From Pocillopora damicornis (lineage: Eukaryota): a stretch of DNA of 64,000 nt. The notes under the pieces were generated by a model. The model worked only from the letters and a program-made list of their open reading frames with translations, had not been told where the DNA came from and did no database searches. The stretch lies in NCBI RefSeq assembly GCF_003704095.1, contig NW_020845063.1, positions 1 through 64,000 on the forward strand, given 5' to 3'. Position 1 is the first letter of the stretch; every line of letters starts with the position of its first letter. The position numbers were made by a program, and so were the translations under genes. Of the stretch, positions 24,810 through 38,333 are shown in pieces.

Positions 24810-26262
24810 ACCACAGGATTTTTCTTTGTTTTTTTTTTTCGGATACGTTCCCATAGTTCACTGCGGGCTTCATTAAAATTCAATTAGGAGAGGTAGACTG
24901 AGTGCGAGGAACATCAAATGACTTCCAACTTTTAAACCTCTCGTGACAGAATCTGTTTGCTGCATTTATTTACAGATGATTCGAATCTTCGATGAAAATC
25001 GGAAAGTGTTAACGTGCCAGTAGAATTGAAGGGAGTTGAGGAGAAAAAACCAGAAACAAGAGAAGCACTTTTTCTCTGTGTTTATTCGGTGAATATTTCT
25101 GTAAAATTGTTGTGCAATACGAGAAGAAGAGAGTACGAATTGCAAATCATGCTGACGAATTCCTCAATGATTTACTGTTATCATTTTAAATATGGATGCA
25201 AATATGTCTCAGTTCATTGCTCCTGGCTAAGATCGTGTTTGAAATAGCGTTGAAACGATAAAGTTATTTTAGTGTGTACTAAGTTTATCACTGAATTGTT
25301 CTCAACGGCTAACTTCCAATACTTTTCGTGATTTATGTGGTAAAGCAAATCATTTCTTCTATCCACGAAATAACTGTAGATAAAAGAAGAGCCAGAAAAG
25401 ATCATCAATTCTTGGAATTGCGCCTGGCCTGAAAACTAAATGTGGTCATTCAAGCTTTCGATTAGATTGGTATGTGCAAGTTAAACCAGTGTTTCTCTGC
25501 TTTGAAAATTCTATTAAAGCTGTCCTTTTTGCACCTAAAGGGAATTTAACCTTTGATTTATTCAAGCCAGATTTCTCTTCTTCTACTACGGGAATGAGAG
25601 TCCGAAATATCTTTTAGCATCTCATTTTCTTTACATTAGAAATCAGAAAACAGACAATTTGAAAATAAATTTGTATCAAGGGAAACAAAGTCCTTTCACC
25701 AACTTGTTTTGCAGTGATCTGATATTGATCTCCAATCCGGTCGAGTTCTTCATGGGGCGCGGGGAAAACTATATGGCTTGTCAGAGCTAATCACAAAGCA
25801 CTTATTTATGTGTGCCCATATTAAGGACTTAACCTAAAAGACATAAATATTATAGGGGAAATTTTATAATGCTCAAGTCAATAATTTAAAATGAGCATTA
25901 TTAACAGCGCTAACTGAAGTGCGTCAAGGTGAACCAGGGTTTTCAAGAAAGCGTTCCTTTAAAAAGGAGTCGGTGATTCAGAATAATTTAAAATTCATTG
26001 ATCCTCTACCAAAGAGGCTGATTCCCAATCAGGTTTCAGCCGGGCGAATACGAGGAAACAAAAATAACAATCACTTGTCCTTTGTTAAAGTAGGCAGGTG
26101 TACTATGGTAATAGCAACTTAATGATTATCATTTGAACGAACGAAACGGCTCGTGAAAACCACAAGCACTTAGTATACATTGAATTTCCGCATTTAACGC
26201 CAGTTGTCGCTTGTCGCTAAACAGAAAGGTCCCCAATCTTTTCTTCTGCTACTTTGGTAAAG

Positions 26263-27228
26263 ATGACCGCCAGCCTTAATCAAGGCAATGAAGACTTCAA
26301 ATCTCATGTCTTCATTATCAACGGAGGCGTACTGCTCTTTTTCGCGTTGTTGATATCGATCTCCAATGGCATCCTCCTGTTCATGATCTATAAAGATCCG
26401 CTAAAGAAATTTCGCAACGCCACCGCAGTTCTTGTGGTCTCTCTGAGCATAGCAGACTTTCTAACGGGATGTGTAACCGCCGTAGACGTTGGAATAGCAC
26501 ATATTCTGGAAGGAATGGCAATGCAAGATGTCATGCTTCAGGCCAAGATCGTTTCGCAGATAACCGTGCGCGCGAGTGTTTGTATCATGATCATTTTTGC
26601 GGTTGAACGGTTCATAGCTGTTGCCTTCCCGTACGTTTATCGTAGCTCCGTGACCATCCCAAAAACCATCCTCTGTTGTGTGCTGTGTTGGTTGTTAGCC
26701 ATTGTTACAAGCTGTCTGGAGCTGGTAGTGGAGCGAGATTTGTACGATGTTGTGTTTCTTTACCTCATTTTTGTCCTACCACTTGTCACGATTATTTTCA
26801 CATACTCGGCAGCTTATTATATGGTGCTACATCGACATGGAAGACTCTACCAAAAAGAGAAAATATCCAGGCGATCGGCTGAGATGCAGAAACAACTGAT
26901 GACGACTGCCTGTCTGATAATTCTTGTCTTCTTCGTTTCTCTCGTTCCGTTTTGGGTATTCACCACCATCCGGCGTTACTGCAAAGAGTGTATTCATCAA
27001 AAATGGTGCATCGCAGGTTATCGATTGTCCATCCCGATTCTGTACAGTAACTCTGCCCTAAACCCGTTGTTGTACGCTTGGAGAATGCAGCCATACCGTC
27101 AAAGCTTTCAAGCCTTGTTCTCCAGAAAACAAAATCGTGTGGGAGGAACAAGTCATAACGAATTCCCTCCAAACAAAGGCAATGAAACTATACTGGTCAA
27201 TGAATTTTGCGAAGAGACTAAAGTATAA
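26263..27228 (+). CDS. Intronless class A (rhodopsin-like) GPCR, 321 aa
   Basis: Seven hydrophobic segments; SN in TM1, LSIADFL, AVERFIAV (DRY-like), NSALNPLLY (NPxxY). Confidence 0.93.
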   Translation: MTASLNQGNEDFKSHVFIINGGVLLFFALLISISNGILLFMIYKDPLKKFRNATAVLVVSLSIADFLTGCVTAVDVGIAHILEGMAMQDVMLQAKIVSQITVRASVCIMIIFAVERFIAVAFPYVYRSSVTIPKTILCCVLCWLLAIVTSCLELVVERDLYDVVFLYLIFVLPLVTIIFTYSAAYYMVLHRHGRLYQKEKISRRSAEMQKQLMTTACLIILVFFVSLVPFWVFTTIRRYCKECIHQKWCIAGYRLSIPILYSNSALNPLLYAWRMQPYRQSFQALFSRKQNRVGGTSHNEFPPNKGNETILVNEFCEETKV

Positions 27229-29215
27229 ATAAAACTTTACAGAGGAAATTTTCCAGTTTCAGTTTAAAACTTTCAAAAATTATGCAAACAGCTGTATGAG
27301 CATATGTAAACAGCTTCTTTATTTTAAAACCATTTTTTAAGCGCAAGTGGGCGCATATTTTTTAACCAGACAATTATTGCCACGCATTTAACAAGGAAGA
27401 TAATGTGTAAATAGTATGCGGAAGAGATAACCGAGAGAACAAGTCACTGAGGAATACATTGACTTCACGCCTCAAATTAAAGCCCTATTGAATTAAGAAA
27501 ATTTGCAGAAATGAGTTAGAAAAGAAATTTTTGTAAGCGATAATGTCTTAATGAAGAAGATTAAGTTCTTTCCTGTTTTTTTCAAATGTAAAACAGGGCC
27601 TGGATCGTTCTGAATGTAAAATAAAATTTGGCAGCTGTGTAGTTTCCAAACCAGTTAAAATGCTCAGACCTCGCTGTTCCTCTTTACCCAAAGATTTGTG
27701 AGAATAATTCTGGACATCAAAACTTCTTCCGTGGGACTACAGTGACTCTGGTTTTTTGTTCAACAAATTTAAATTTAGAACATGATAACTGAATGATCTT
27801 AAATGCATATTCATATAACGAAAACAAATCAGACAAGCTGGCGCACTCGATAAAAACGCAAACGCTATATATTGACTCGGTAGATAATATCTTCTTCCAA
27901 TTAAAAAAAAATGATATGATTATGGGCCGTAGGTTTGAAAGCAAGACGAATTTCTGAGCCCATTGTACGAATTCGTCTCTAGGAATTGGTTTATAATTTA
28001 TCAATTGGTTAAAAAAAAATAGTTATTCAGTTCAAATGTTAACATGAAACGTTCATTGATTGGTGAGAAAAACCCCGGCTACTTAGCTGGCCATTCGGAT
28101 AATTGGAAAGATGAACGGGAAAATGCTGTTTGTTTGTTCGTGTCTTGGCGTCAATGTTGGACATATACATCTTCTCGTGTAGGTTTTTATCATTCAATTT
28201 AGTTATTTGCATTTCTTGTGACAAATATCCTTCCATCGTCTGATATAAAGAAATTTTAAAAACTGAAATATTATCGCTTTATGCAAAAAACGTAATGGTC
28301 GACGACACGCCACTAAACAAAGCCATTAGTTACCGTATTTTAGGTGTCAGATACCAAAGAAAACCACCGCCAACGTAAATTCTTTGCGGGTGAGGTGGTC
28401 ATGACGCCAATTTTTGCAAAGAAAAACAAATACCGATCTTCAATGGACTCATTTTCATCTTAGTCGACTTCACTATCAGTAAACAGTCTCGTTTGTGTTT
28501 AATTCTTGAAACTTCTTTGATAACATGGAAATTTTTAGACAGTAAGGCACTTACGGTAGAACATGTAACTAATTATCTAGCATTTTCTACCTTGCTCCAC
28601 TAACGTTGGTGGTAGTCTAGTTCAATTTTTGATTTTGAGGATTTATAAATTATTATTATTATTAAAAGCGGTCCTTTTCCTAAGCACGAGTCTTTTTGTC
28701 TGAAATAATTTTACGAGTGCTGTCTTTGTTGGTTGTGAGAGACATTTTTGCCCAGTTTAGTTCATATTGTTTGATAACAACAATTTTGAGAATTTTGTGC
28801 AGATTTTTAGGGATGGGTGTGGTATTCATGCGTTTGTTTTCTTTTGAATAGATCTTCGGGGGACATTAATTGATATTTTTGGTCAGGTTTTGAGCATAAA
28901 CTCACTGTATGTTAAGTCTGCTTGGTTACATTTCCTGTTACTCGTGCCATGTAGCATATTGCAACTGTATAAAGCTCCTAATTTTTATTGCTGGCAAAAT
29001 GCCAACCGGCTTGTAAAGCAACGCGGGGTACATGTAGCATGATGACTTGTTGCGGAGTGTTCTTGCTTGTAATGTCCAAAGTTGCTCAATTGCGAGTCTG
29101 ATAGCAACAATAAATCAGTACCAGACCCCTTTCAGATCTCTCGCGTTGCTTAAGGCCTCGTACCTTCCGACGGGCGGAAAAGCGTTCTACCCGAAATGTT
29201 TTCGTTTATTTTGCA

Positions 29216-29257
29216 TGACAAGTTCGTGACAAGTTCGTGACAAGTTCGTGACAAGTT
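29216..29257. repeat. 11-bp tandem repeat (TGACAAGTTCG) x ~3.8
   Basis: Directly visible. Confidence 0.9.
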
Positions 29258-30178
29258 AATATGGCAATTACCTTATGCAAATTAATTTACATCGTGTTGA
29301 CACGACTCAGGACGTTTTCGAATTTTGGTAGCGAGAGAGAAAGTTTTTGTTGTTAAAACCTAATTTATGAAGACCCATGTGTTGAAGTGAGTTATTTGGT
29401 GTCACAGAAACATTTTCCACAGTTCGTGCCGAAGCGTAGGATGAAGGGCTGCTCGTAGGCTGCTCAGGGTTAGCAGGTAATCGTCACTATTTGAGAATGC
29501 ATTCACCGATTGGCAATAGTGTCAAGGGTATTGAATAAATTATAAATTTGATTGAAAGAAAAAGCTGTTAGTTCCACTGAGTTATTTTGTTGTATGTCTT
29601 ATGTTCTCATAATCTTCATACAATCTCGGCAGTGATCTAAATAGGTATACCATTCAATCGACTTTGTCAAACAAACATTTTGATTTTAAAGCGTAAAAAA
29701 CATACTTTTTAATCACTTCTTTAGCTTCCAGCATCATTATTCCGGGAATAATTTCAGAGCCTGTAGGGATTTTTTTTTGTATATTGCCAACATAAAATGC
29801 ATGATTCACAGTTAAAAGGACTACAAAAAAAGTTTGAAAATTTGCGAAACCGTTACATTCTAAAGTCTACAGTCGAGCGAGAGACAGTTCTTCAGAAATC
29901 CCTTTATTACATCGATGACTGATAAGTGCATGCCTTTGGAAAAGAGTAAGTCATAATACAAATTGAGAAATGTGCAGTACATACATTTGAGTAACATTGT
30001 ACTTTGTCGCAGAAGAATGGATCACCTTTGCCTTCTTATTCTTTTGTTGGAATCAGGTACATCCGTGAATAAGCTGTTACATTTTAATCCACAGTGAGAG
30101 TTAGTTTCTGAACTTTAAACACGATTTCCTCCAAAATCGTTACACCTTTCCCAGTTGCCGTACTCGCTACTAAGATGG

Positions 30179-31039
30179 TCATTTTTCTGTAAAACCCGAT
30201 TCATTTTTTTCTTCATCATCCTCTCTAATGGAAGTGGGAAACCTCAAATATCGACACCTCTTCATCTCCTCCACCTGTCTGGTAAAGTTTTGGTTTTCGA
30301 ATGTCCCGCTACAGTTCCCCCCGATAAATTTCTTGTCCTTAGCCCACAGGTTTAAGCTCAAGTCAGGGCAGCTTCCTCTCCGCATCAACACCCTTCGATT
30401 TGAGACAGCTACTTCCACAGCCGAAGAAAACAAATTCGTGACTTGTAAACTCCCCCTTCGCGCTGATCTCGTCATTGGTGGATATGCAATAATGGATGCG
30501 GAATAACCGTTCGATAGCTTGGTCGTTAAATCTTGTATATCCAGCCTTGCTTGCGCTTGTTTCGAGTACTTGAGCTTGTTTTTTGGCGTCTTTATCGATG
30601 TGACATCCTCTAACTCTATCTTCCCTGTTCCTGCATCTTTCTGGATTGTTATACTGGGCAATTTTAGAAGAGGAGACGTCGATAATGGAGATTTGTTTTC
30701 GCCCTTTAATCCAGATCTTAGCCCCTTAGCGTACTGATCCAAGGCGGAATCGGAAAGAGAACTCCGTTGCAAGATTTTTTCGGCGACGCTTCTCATTTCA
30801 TCTTCGCTCTTTGGGTCAACCGTTGAGGGGAGAGAGCGTCTTCGGGATTCTCGTCTCCTTTGAGATTCGAGGAGAACTGATTGCTGCACCGACAATTCCC
30901 GAAGTTTCTTTTCGTATTCCTTTTTAAACCTATCCACGGAAGAACTAAGCTTCTTAGATTCTTGACAGTTTCTCATCCCTTTGAATTTTAAAGTTTGTGA
31001 AATTTCCGATCTACCTGCCATGTGTTTTCTCGCGTGCAT
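30179..31039 (-). CDS. Intronless 286-aa uncharacterized protein: N-terminal coiled coil, several RRxS sites, C-terminal CRYLR motif
   Basis: Long ORF with protein-like composition. Motifs RRRSL, RRGSL, RRGSC. Confidence 0.7.
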   Translation of the reverse strand: MHARKHMAGRSEISQTLKFKGMRNCQESKKLSSSVDRFKKEYEKKLRELSVQQSVLLESQRRRESRRRSLPSTVDPKSEDEMRSVAEKILQRSSLSDSALDQYAKGLRSGLKGENKSPLSTSPLLKLPSITIQKDAGTGKIELEDVTSIKTPKNKLKYSKQAQARLDIQDLTTKLSNGYSASIIAYPPMTRSARRGSLQVTNLFSSAVEVAVSNRRVLMRRGSCPDLSLNLWAKDKKFIGGNCSGTFENQNFTRQVEEMKRCRYLRFPTSIREDDEEKNESGFTEK

Positions 31040-33157
31040 TTTGTTCTCAATTCCTTTTTTGCCTCATAGGACTGTGACAATGAACTCTAGATTTCAGGGT
31101 CTCCTTGTCATAAAATTGAACTTAATTTTATTCATGCACTTGCGGTTTAATTTACGATTGCTCAAACGTCCCTCTGTGTAAATAGCTTGTTGTATCTTGT
31201 GCAACAAAAGATTATATTTGTTGACTTTTCGTGTATCTTTTAGAATTTTGCAATCATCCTTTTACCGAATGACCTCTTTTCGTAATTTGATTCGCCTACC
31301 GGTGAAAATACGAACTTGGCCTGAATCGACCCCTGCTAAGGTTTTCGCGGCGGCATGAAGTCATCAGGAGTTTATAATTAATTTTCATAAGAGGGAACTT
31401 ATAGCCATTGCTGGTCAGCTCTCAACATTACACTGGGTTTGCTGTCCGTTTCCTTGGCAAATATTGAAGTAATCTCTCGAACCATTTCAATCAAACTCCT
31501 TCGTATAATTGTGCAATTTGATGCTGTGTTAAAGACAAAAACGTGGTATAAACTCTACTGATTTCAATATTTGACCCGAAAGATAGGATTAAGTTTTTTA
31601 ACATCTTATTGCAGTTTACATTCGTCTCGAGCTGCAACTCAACTTAACTTTAATGAGTTTTGATTAATAGCAGAATGAGTAAAGTAAACTTTTCGGAAAC
31701 GAATTAAATTTTTAAACAATTAAGTGCTTCGTATCTTCGCAAAAATGTGATCGGCGCTTCTTTGTTAATTTATCGTCAATGAATGAAGCCAAAAATTACA
31801 TATTGCGGTTCTTTTAAGTGAATATTAGCGAATGAGGGAAGTAATGATACTTATTATCTGGTGCCAAAGTTCCTAAAATAGCTGTAGGGATTAACAAACT
31901 GTTTATTTACCACTCCTTGTTGAGTAAACTCACGACACTTATGAACGAAGTGTCGGTAAGATTGTTTGAAGTAGATTTTATTGGTTGTCAATTGGATGAG
32001 CTATCATTCGAATTTATTGTGAAGCCATCCATAGTCACGTATATCACTGGTAATAAAACTAAAGACCCCAAAAAACTCAAATTTATCATAAATTCGGTTG
32101 CTAATAAATTGCGTTAACAACGAAGAAAATTTTCAAGAGTCCTTTGCGACTGAGTGCCATCAAATCAAAACCAAAATAATCTTAACCGTCAATTACTCAG
32201 CATGCTAAGCATGCATCACTACTCAAACTTCCAAACTTTTTTTTTTTGCAGTTTGTAACTGGCTTGAAAAGATCTTTCGGTTGGGCAATCGTAACAATGT
32301 TCAATTCTTAGAGATGTATGAGAATCTCTATTTCGCTAATCGCGCTCCTGATATAACGGTCTTTAAAAAAACTATAGTACTGAATATTCTGCCTTACCAG
32401 TTTAACACGGCGCTTTCGACAATTTCTGTACCTAAATCTTAGGGTTAATCCTCTTGGTTTTTTAATCAGTCACAGCACAGCACGCGTTGTATTCCAGTAA
32501 TTGATTAGATTAAGTTTCAATAGCTTGAGTAAAAACACCGATAGATGTTTTGTTACTGATCACGAAATTGCGCCTGATGTTGTGTTTAATTAAATTTGCA
32601 GAGAAACAGTGCATTTGGTGATAGGGTTTCTCTTTTGTGTGTAAGCTTCGTTGTACAGTCCGCGAGATCAACAATGTTTTTTGGAACACCAGCGTGAAAT
32701 GTCATTGCCAATTAACCATTTTAAACTTATCCGCCCAGGTGAGGATTAATTATTAGTTATGTAAATTAGAGCACGTACTTGCGATATGTCGCTCAAAATA
32801 AATTTGAAATGAACAGCTGGGAAAAATTTCAGTCAGGTATATTTATAGAATGCTTGAAATACTTTGACGAACATGACGAAGTTTGCAACTGAATGAAATG
32901 TTACTATAGTGCCTCATGCCTCATGTAGACCTCTAGTTTTCGCCTTTGTATGAATGAAGAAAGTCTCTCTTATGCTAGTCTTTCCCTGGGAAGTTGAATA
33001 AAGCCGTAATGGACTATAGCTCTTTCGCTATAAATATCTACAAATGTTTTTTTTGCTTTTCAATTTATCATCGCGTCTTATATCGTGACTGACAGCGAAT
33101 CTCTCCAGAAGGACTGGACCGAGACACGTCATTTTGTAACTCGTCATCCGTGATTTA

Positions 33158-33167
33158 TGCGCATGCG
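33158..33167 (+). promoter_or_regulatory. NRF1-type motif TGCGCATGCG just upstream of the TMEM115 ATG
   Basis: Consensus match in a housekeeping promoter position. Confidence 0.45.
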
Positions 33168-33189
33168 TGGGAAGAACATCTAAACAAAT

Positions 33190-36100
33190 ATGGCTGCTTT
33201 TGATCTCGATCGTGTGAAGGTAACAGGATGACGATAATTTTCATGAATTTCCAACAATTCACCTTCATTTGTACTCACCCTGAATGTCCGATTTTAGGCA
33301 CAAATAAACAAGGCGTTGGGGGATGCCTCTGTGGTAGTAAAGTTTTCCTGTGCGACTGTTTGTCTGCTGTATTGCTTGAGTTTTTTACCTAATGTTTATT
33401 CTGTGCTTGCTGTTACCCCTGGATTGTAAGTTGCTATGTTTTAAAATTTAATGTATGTTTTTGTGTATAGTTCGAATCTTTTGGATGGATTTCTTAAATG
33501 GAATTTTTGATTAATTTTATTTCTATTTTCTCCTAATTTCGATTCTAAGCAATTTAAGTAAATAGTGCTTATCTTGCACTTTTAGAGTTAAAATGATAGC
33601 CACAGACAAATTGAAACTTAAATTGCATCTTGGGCCTTTTTAAAAAATTGTACTTAATACTTATCCTACACTTTTCATGCATGCCCTGGGTAGAGCTGGT
33701 TTTAATTTAAGATTCAAGCTAAAAATATGTCATTACACTTGACATTAATTACTGTTAATATTTTCTAATATCAAAAGAAAGTGGTGTTAGTAATATCATC
33801 TCGATTTTTCACGATTTTTACTAAAATATAATTTATATTTATGTTGTTACATAGTCATCTGATTCTCAAACCAGAAACTTGTCTGTGGGGTTAAGCCACT
33901 GTGATTGTCACAAAAAATGTGTTTATTGTTTCTATAACAAGGTCATAACTGTTTTAACTGTTGCCAGGAAATGTTTTAATTTTATTTGTATTTTTATGAC
34001 ATGATATATCTTTGCAGCATTATTCCACCACATTTCAGAATATGGACCTTAATAACTGGAGGATTTATAGAATATAGAATATGGAATGTGAGTGTATACC
34101 AAATGTTCTGATTATTTCAAGCAAAAATATACTGATGTATGTAGTTTGAATCAATTTTGTATGGATATGACTTGAATTGCCCTTTCTCTACAACATTATT
34201 TATGGCAAATGCTTCAGTAGGATTCAGACCTCATGTACTAGGTGACCGTTTTATTTAGTGCTCAGAAAATATGTCAAAGGATTCCTTACTGTAGGTGTAC
34301 TAAAAACTAAAAATGATCAATCAGAGATACATTTGCTGTCTTTTAGATGTTTATAGACATTGCAGTTCTTGTGTTGTGTGGCCAGCTGCTAGAACCTCTT
34401 TGGGGAGCACTTGAATTCTTGGTAAGTGTGGCATTCTTTATAATTTTCTATACAAATATTGATAATAGAAGTCATGTCACTGCTGCATGTGTTGGAAACA
34501 AGAGTCTTAATTTCTAGTGTTGGACTAAAAGTTTGATTTCTTTCTCTCCCTTTTTGTAGAAATTTTTTTTGATCTTGGATATAGGAACATCACTTATTAC
34601 ATCAGCTGTTTGTGTGATAGCATATGTTGCAACATTTGACACACATATGTGGTAAGTCATGTATATCACTGGCACCTATTGAGTTCCTTTGTGTAAGACA
34701 GAAAAACAGGGTAAAACCTCAGACCTAATTGTGTGTAAATTGCTTTTCTTACATTTACCTCCTTAACTTTCATGCTTGTCTTTTGTTGCATTTTCTTAAC
34801 AACAAGAAGTTGGTTTTAAGTCCTGCCTTCCTGGGTTGTTCTCCTTTAAGTTCTCATTTGCTTCTCTTATCATGGGATTTTAAGAGGGGTAACTTTCAAC
34901 CACCAATGTATCTTTTTTCAATGTTATGAAACACAAGAGCTTAGTGTTTCAAGCACAGGACTCTCAATCAAGTACTAAAGGTGCCAGGTCTAGTTGAGAA
35001 ATCTTTTTTTGTCTTAAAGTAGAACTGCATTATTTTTTACAATAGTACTCTTTGCTCAAAAGTATAAATGGTCATCAGTGAACTGTCAGGGTAGAATTTA
35101 TTTGATAAAAATAATACTCAGGCTTACTAATTTTCCATCTTGTGGGGGGTGGGGGGGGGGATTGCATTACTTCAAGTTGCTCTTTGCTACAGGAACCAAG
35201 ATGTGCTTTGGCCCCATAGGACTGTAAGAGTTATCTGGTGCCAGGAAATTATGGCAAAGATCAGGTGGTTTTTATTGTGAGAGTGGGAGTCAGAGACTGT
35301 CAATTTTAAGTTTAACATCTTTATTTCACTCCAAGGTTTTTACAGTTCAGTGGCATGACTGGTATTTTATCTGGGATGGTGGTTGCATTCAAACAGATCA
35401 AACCTGAACAGGAGTTAGGCTTGTCCTCAATTGGCCTTCGTGTTAAGGTAAGTTTTTAAGGGCACATTTACACAGGTTGGGAGAAAAGTTTCAAGTGGGT
35501 TTCAGAGTTCACCCTGTTTATAACACTTTATTTTTTTTATGTATTTTGATGGATAATGACATTTTATTCAAATGTCAATGAAATTGTTGTTACATGTGGT
35601 GCAGCACCCTTTTTGAAAATTTTTGTAACATTTGTTGGTAGTGGCATAGCTAAATACAGTTTGCATACATATTGGTGTTTAACTAAACCATTTCTTTTGA
35701 CAATTTATTGAGAATTGGTCTTATTAAATACAACACAGCAGAAGGGAAAAGAAGAGGTTATTTTGCAAAGTTACCTTAACCCTTTAACTCCAATGAGTGA
35801 CCAACACAGAATTACTCCTCACATTATCAATACGATATCAACCAGATAAGCAATGAGAATTAAGACAAATATCAATTTGGGGATAATTACTTGATCCAAT
35901 ACTTAATTCTCAGAACTAGCATTATAAGAATTGTGTGGTTGATAGTAAGGAGAATGAAACATTTGATCTGGGAGTTAAAGGGTCAAATAGTGTGTTACAA
36001 GTGATTTATCAATCTTTTTTCAGCATGTGCCATCTTTAGTTGTCATTGTATACAGTTTCCTGTGCATACTTGGCTTTCTTCCTGTCATTCTTTTGATCAT

Positions 36101-37774
36101 GGTTCTATCTGGAACAATAATTGGCTGGGTTTATTTGAGATTTTATCAGCCCCGTGGCAAAGGTGTTAAAGGAGACCTGAGTGAAAGTTTCTCCTTTGCA
36201 AGCTTTTTCCCAGAGGCTGCACAGTAAGTGAGCTGTTATAAGTATTTATATTTAATTAATCTGACTTTTAACTCACAGAAGTGACCAGTGTTAACTTCAC
36301 TCTACAATATTTGCAGATGATCCAGCTAAGATGTGATGAAAATTACATATACACATGAGGATTCTAAGGATTCTAGAGGTTCAGGGGTTATGGCCAGCTT
36401 ATTATGAGTTCCCTGTTGCTTAGTGATGGATCATCCAACCATCATCTCATTTTCTTGTCCTACACTAGCAACAAGTGTATTTTAATGTGAACCTCAGAAA
36501 ACCTTGAACACTTGAACTATTTCTGGAATAGTGATGTGACCTCAAAAAAAAACAACAACAACAATAGGCCACAGGAAAACTTAACTAAAAGCAGTAACTT
36601 TTTAACTGGCTTTTTGGTTTGATCTCATGTCCAGATTGTGATTGGCCCGATCATGATAAACATTGTAGACACATTCCTGTTTTCTGGTTTTCTGGTTCAA
36701 TAGCAGGTATTTTCTCTAAAGGTGTTAGGAAATAAATTTGAGTAATAGTTATGCTTTTTATTCTTAACACAGGCCACCAGTGAGGACAATATCAACAATT
36801 GTATTTAACACACTGATTGGTCTGAAAGTGTGCCACAAACCTATCAGAACATACGATGTGGGGGCACCATCAGCCATAACAATCAGTTTACCAGGAATGG
36901 ATCCAGCAGATGCTGAAAGGAGAAGGTAGAGTGTTTTTCTTTGACAGAAGATAGTGCTGGTTGAGACTTAGTGGTCAGTACATGAATCGTGTTGAGGACA
37001 AGGTACTTGTAGAGTGAGGTTGATTAAAATTGGGAAGAAAACAGGAAACATTTTGATAACTGGTGAAGTAATTATCTGAAAACTTATTCAATTCTTAAAC
37101 TTTTAACTATATTAGAAGTAAGAGTAAATTCAAATTCAGACAGAGCTTTCCTATGTGCTGTAGGTATACTCTTTATCCACCAGCTGATAGGTATTGAGTA
37201 GATGAAACTGACTTTTTACTGATATAACTTTAAGTATCACTTGGGAGACTGGATTTTTGCAATGAAATGCTTGAAGAGTCTCTTTGAAATATTTGGTAGA
37301 GGCAGGAGCCAAGGGCTTCATGTAAAGGACCTTGTGATGGAAATATCAAGCTTGCTCTACAACTGTAGACACGATACCATATTGGTTCTGTATTTTCCAG
37401 CAGATTTCTTTTAGCCCTCTTAAAAATTACCCCATTTCAATCTCTAACTTTCAGAACATTCATCTGCAAAATCTTGTATGAAGTTGTTGCGAACACTTTT
37501 TTAATCGAAACAAAGAAACTGACAGATGTCAAAGACTGTACTTCAAATGCTTCCTCGTTTTCCTTTTTTTTTTAGACAAAAGGCGCTGAAAGCTTTAAAT
37601 GAGAGGCTTCAAAAATTGGAGCAGACCTCTAGTTGGCCTTCGCTTGATGGACCAGAAGGAAAAGACAGTCCACAAAGTCCAGGTGCTGTGGAAGAGGTAC
37701 CTGAAATAGTGGTTGATCAGGGCACATCAAAAAGGACTGAAGGAGTGCCAAACAGTTCAAGTGTCCCAACGTAA
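33190..37774 (+). CDS. TMEM115: Transmembrane protein 115. Exons: 33190-33219, 33298-33425, 34018-34087, 34347-34421, 34560-34651, 35336-35447, 36024-36223, 36773-36925, 37576-37774
   Basis: Spliced peptides ASVVVK...LAVTPG, IWTL, LLEPLWGALE, WVYLRFYQ...GDLSESFSFASFFPE, YDVGAPSAITISLPGMDPADAERRRQKALKALNERL match the TMEM115 family. Confidence 0.93.
35776..35986. mobile_element. ~210-bp MITE-like element (TTAA-CCCTTTAACTCC...GGAGTTAAAGGG), family 1
   Basis: Short TIRs with TTAA-like flanks. Internal sequence shared with 39666-39873 and 63459-63660. Confidence 0.75.
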
Positions 37775-38333
37775 CAGATAGAATTTGCGCTGGGTAGAGT
37801 TGTTCAAAGCATAACTGGGTTTAATTCAGGTATAATTGTCCCGGTAACATATGCAATAAACCCTGGAATAGTGCTAGACAGCTTTTGATCAACCTGGCTC
37901 AGCTTTTGTCGTCGATTCAACGTAATATATAAATAATTCTAAATACTCTCTGAAATTGGTATCAAGAGCAACTGATATACTCCGCTCTGGGTTAGGGTAA
38001 AGTCAGTAGTTAGATAAAATATGCAGACACTGCAGTGAGGATAAGCATTTAGGTCGGTTCTCTCAAAGAGAGACCCTAAGTTTAGAGTCATTCTGCATAG
38101 CTATGAATCTTGCTGCGCAGCTGGATGTACACATTTTAGAAGAGTTAGAAATTATATTGCCGACTGAATGTTCATTTTGTCGGCGAAGTAATCTATTTTA
38201 CGAACCGGATGCAAAGAAAATGACCTGTGGCGAGCTATCGGTTTTTGATAAAGCGTTATATGTATAATTTTGTCTCGTTTACAGTGTTATTGAATTAATG
38301 ATCGTTTCATTAAAGCTATGGTGTGGTGGTGGA

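Noticed and set aside
29216-29257. TGACAAGTTCG repeat as a regulatory array
   Set aside because: Simple minisatellite with no supporting context.
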